64,000 bases of DNA, from the NCBI GenBank assembly GCA_016223045.1, contig JACRPT010000146.1, forward strand, positions 1,760 to 65,759, read 5' to 3'. Below the pieces are notes generated by a model that was not told the origin of the DNA, searched no databases, and worked only from the letters and a program-made list of their open reading frames with translations. The position numbers were made by a program, and so were the translations under genes. Source of the DNA: Candidatus Eiseniibacteriota bacterium (GTDB lineage Bacteria; Eisenbacteria; RBG-16-71-46). Shown piece after piece: positions 61,620 to 64,000 of the stretch (the stretch's first letter is position 1; the number at the start of each line of letters is the position of its first letter).

Positions 61620-64000
61620 TCACTTCAGCCGGACCACGCGCCGCATCTGTCTGACTCCCGCGGCGTCGAACCTCAGGAAGTAGAGTCCGGATGCAGCCGG
61701 CGCGCCCGACGCGCCTGCGCCGCGCCATTCGAACGCGTGCTCACCCGGCTCCAGCCGTCCCCGGTAGAGCGTGACGATGCGGCGGCCGGCGAGGTCCCAG
61801 ACCGAGATCTCCACGCTCTGCCGGCTGGCCACCGAGACCGAGAATGAAGTCGCGCCACGGCCCGGGTTGGGCGCGGGCGGGCGGCTGAAGCCGGTCGTGA
61901 GCGCGCCCCGCGCGGGCGGCTCGACCGGCGGCACCTCCACCACCCGGCCCTGAGTCTCCTCCAGCACCCAGACGTCCCCGAGCCGACCCGCGTCGGACAA
62001 GCCGCCGAACGCGATCATCCGCTGGCCCGCCGGCGCCGCGCTGTGAAGCGTGCGCGCGGGCGGCGGCCCGCTGGTCGGGCTGAGGTCGGTCCAGATGGGC
62101 GCCCCGGCCAGCCCGTTCGCGCCGGTGAGAGTCTGCACCGTGTCGCTGCGCGTGCCCCCGATCGCGCCCCCGAAGACGGTCATGCTGTTCTTCACGGGGT
62201 CGTAGACCGCGCGATGGAGAGTCCACGGTGAAGGCGGCGTCCCGCCGGGCGAGAGTTGCGTCCAGGCGGGAGACCCCACGCCGTTGGCGTCGCCCAGCAC
62301 CCAGACTTCGAGGTTCGACGCACCGCAGGGGACCAGGCCACCAAGAACCGTCATCCGGTTGCTGACCGCATCGTAGGTCGCCTGGTGGCCCGTCCGCGCG
62401 CTCGGCGGACCGCCGGTGGGCGCGAGTTGCGTCCAGGCGGGAGACCCCACGCCGCTGGCGTCGGAGAGCGCCCACACGTCGTTCTGCTCGCCCCCGCAGC
62501 CGCCGGCGCTGGCGTCGCCGCCGAACACCACCATGCGGTCGGTCGCCGCGTCGTAGACCGCGCTGTGCCCGGTGCGCGCCGCGGGCGGCCCGCCCGTGGG
62601 GGCGAGCGAGATCCAGGCCGGCGCGCCGCCCAGTCCGTTGGCGTTCGAGAGCACCCAGACGTCGTTGAACATGCCCGGCGTCGGCCCGGTCGCGTCGTCG
62701 CCGCCGAAGACGATCATCCGGTTGCCGCCCGGGTCGTAGACGGCGCTGTGGTTGGCGCGCGCGGGCGGGGGCCCGCCAGCCGGTGTGAGCTGAATCCAGC
62801 CCGGCGTACCCGCGGCGCCGTCGGCGCCGGTCAGCACCCAGACGTCGTTGAGCGGCCCGCCGTCACCGCGGCCCCCGAACACCGTCATGCGGTTGTTCCC
62901 GGCGTCGTGGACCGCGCTGTGGCCGTCGCGCGGAAGCGGGGGTGTTCCGAGCGGCAGGAGCTGCACCCAGGTCTGCCCCACGGTCACCAGCACGACATCG
63001 GTCCCCGAGATGCGGGGCTCGAGCGAGAGCCCGCCCCCCAGGCTGAGGCCGGTGATGCCCGCGAAGCCGCCGCTACGCGAGGCGAAGGTCATCACCTGGA
63101 AGCTCTGGCCGGGGGTCGGCACGAAGCTGTTGATGAGCGAGATGTTGAGCGTGCCGTCCAGCGCGATCGCTCCGCTCACCGCCAGCCGGTCGTAGCCGGT
63201 TCCGGCCGTGGCGCCGCCGAGCTCGATGTTGATCGTGCTGCTGGAGCCGAGCGGCGCCGCGCCGATGATGGAGAGGATGCCGGGCGAAGTCCCGGGATTG
63301 ATGCTGCCGGAGCTGCTGAACGAGGTGGACGCGACATTGAGCGTGCCTGCTCCGCTCAGGGTGCCGCCGACCGCGTTGTCGAACGTTCCCGACGTGACCG
63401 TGCAGGTGCGGCCCGCCCCGATCTCGAGCGTGCCGGTGTTGGTGAAGCTCGGGCTGGTGCCGCTCTGGGTGATCGTCAGGTTGCCGCCGCCCAGCGTGAG
63501 CGTCCCGCTGTTGCTGTGCGCCGCCGCGGCCTTGCTCAGCGTCAGCCCCTGGTCCACCGTCACCGTGCCCTGGTTGTCGAGCCGCGCCCCCAGCGTGCGC
63601 CCGCCCCCGGCCCCGGCCAGCACCGCGATGGTGCGGCCGGCCGGGTTCAGCAGCGTCCCGGCGCTGAGGTTGAGCGTGGCCCCGTAGCCCGCGTTCGAGC
63701 TGGTCAGCTCGATCGTCCCGTTGTTGGTGAACCCGCTCGCCACCGTCACGACCACCCCCCCCGAGGTGCCGTCCCCCTCCAGGTGCAGCGTCGAGCCGGG
63801 GGCGCTGGTGAACGCGCCGCTCAGGCTGCTCGCCCCCCGCAGGTCCAGCGTGCCCTCGTTCACCAGCGCCGCGCCCACCGCGCAGGAGCGCAGCAGCTGC
63901 GTCACCGCGCTCGAGTTGGTGATGGTGCCGGGACCGTTGAGCGTGGAGCTGCTGGCCGAGAGCGCGAAGTCGGCGGTCGCGAAGCTCAGCGCGAAGCCCG
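61620..64000 (-). CDS. 5'-truncated large secreted protein: beta-helix-like repeats, Kelch propeller, FlgD-Ig C-terminus
   Basis: N.GT..L repeats; PG.SPG.L; R.GHSAVYD...RM.VFGG...NDVW.L repeats; PNP...W.G...SGLYF; frame open to the window end. Confidence 0.85.
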   Translation of the reverse strand, partial: GFALSFATADFALSASSSTLNGPGTITNSSAVTQLLRSCAVGAALVNEGTLDLRGASSLSGAFTSAPGSTLHLEGDGTSGGVVVTVASGFTNNGTIELTSSNAGYGATLNLSAGTLLNPAGRTIAVLAGAGGGRTLGARLDNQGTVTVDQGLTLSKAAAAHSNSGTLTLGGGNLTITQSGTSPSFTNTGTLEIGAGRTCTVTSGTFDNAVGGTLSGAGTLNVASTSFSSSGSINPGTSPGILSIIGAAPLGSSSTINIELGGATAGTGYDRLAVSGAIALDGTLNISLINSFVPTPGQSFQVMTFASRSGGFAGITGLSLGGGLSLEPRISGTDVVLVTVGQTWVQLLPLGTPPLPRDGHSAVHDAGNNRMTVFGGRGDGGPLNDVWVLTGADGAAGTPGWIQLTPAGGPPPARANHSAVYDPGGNRMIVFGGDDATGPTPGMFNDVWVLSNANGLGGAPAWISLAPTGGPPAARTGHSAVYDAATDRMVVFGGDASAGGCGGEQNDVWALSDASGVGSPAWTQLAPTGGPPSARTGHQATYDAVSNRMTVLGGLVPCGASNLEVWVLGDANGVGSPAWTQLSPGGTPPSPWTLHRAVYDPVKNSMTVFGGAIGGTRSDTVQTLTGANGLAGAPIWTDLSPTSGPPPARTLHSAAPAGQRMIAFGGLSDAGRLGDVWVLEETQGRVVEVPPVEPPARGALTTGFSRPPAPNPGRGATSFSVSVASRQSVEISVWDLAGRRIVTLYRGRLEPGEHAFEWRGAGASGAPAASGLYFLRFDAAGVRQMRRVVRLK

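Noticed and set aside
61960..62980. DNA-level repeats in the last gene (and in 57556-58791)
   Set aside because: Explained by Kelch and BNR protein repeats

Overview
High-GC bacterial window with about 55 CDS. FlgD-Ig-type C-terminal domains and a C-terminal SWGKLKVLYR motif suggest Candidatus Eisenbacteria or a relative (inference). Most of it is housekeeping and envelope genes: PhzF, GNATs, EamA, two amidohydrolases, pabB/pabC-like, a BoxB-like diiron protein, glgP, an AroH-TyrA fusion, bshB1, DUF885, an S11 peptidase, Lon, rlmD, lipoproteins and an ABC exporter. Two visibly more AT-rich accessory regions stand out. (1) About 2.05-8.47 kb is a defence-type island: ParB-like + DUF2130 pair, catalytic-only tyrosine recombinase, N6-MTase, MamI-like endonuclease and an XRE/C protein. 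(2) About 33.3-39.5 kb lies downstream of a giant kinase-ATPase-TPR-GAF-sigma54 activator and has a sigma54 promoter with TCG-N10-CGA sites. It carries two paralogous secreted proteins with a shared N-terminal domain but unrelated bacteriocin-like C-termini, each followed by a different small membrane protein. This is a candidate undescribed polymorphic toxin/immunity system, with direct repeats and gene fragments indicating cassette exchange. Also found: an unannotated Tyr-rich leader-peptide attenuator before aroH-tyrA, a Lon with a degenerate ATPase, and repeated duplications of gene 3' ends. No rRNA, tRNA or CRISPR array was recognised. All family assignments are from motif recognition by eye, not database searches.
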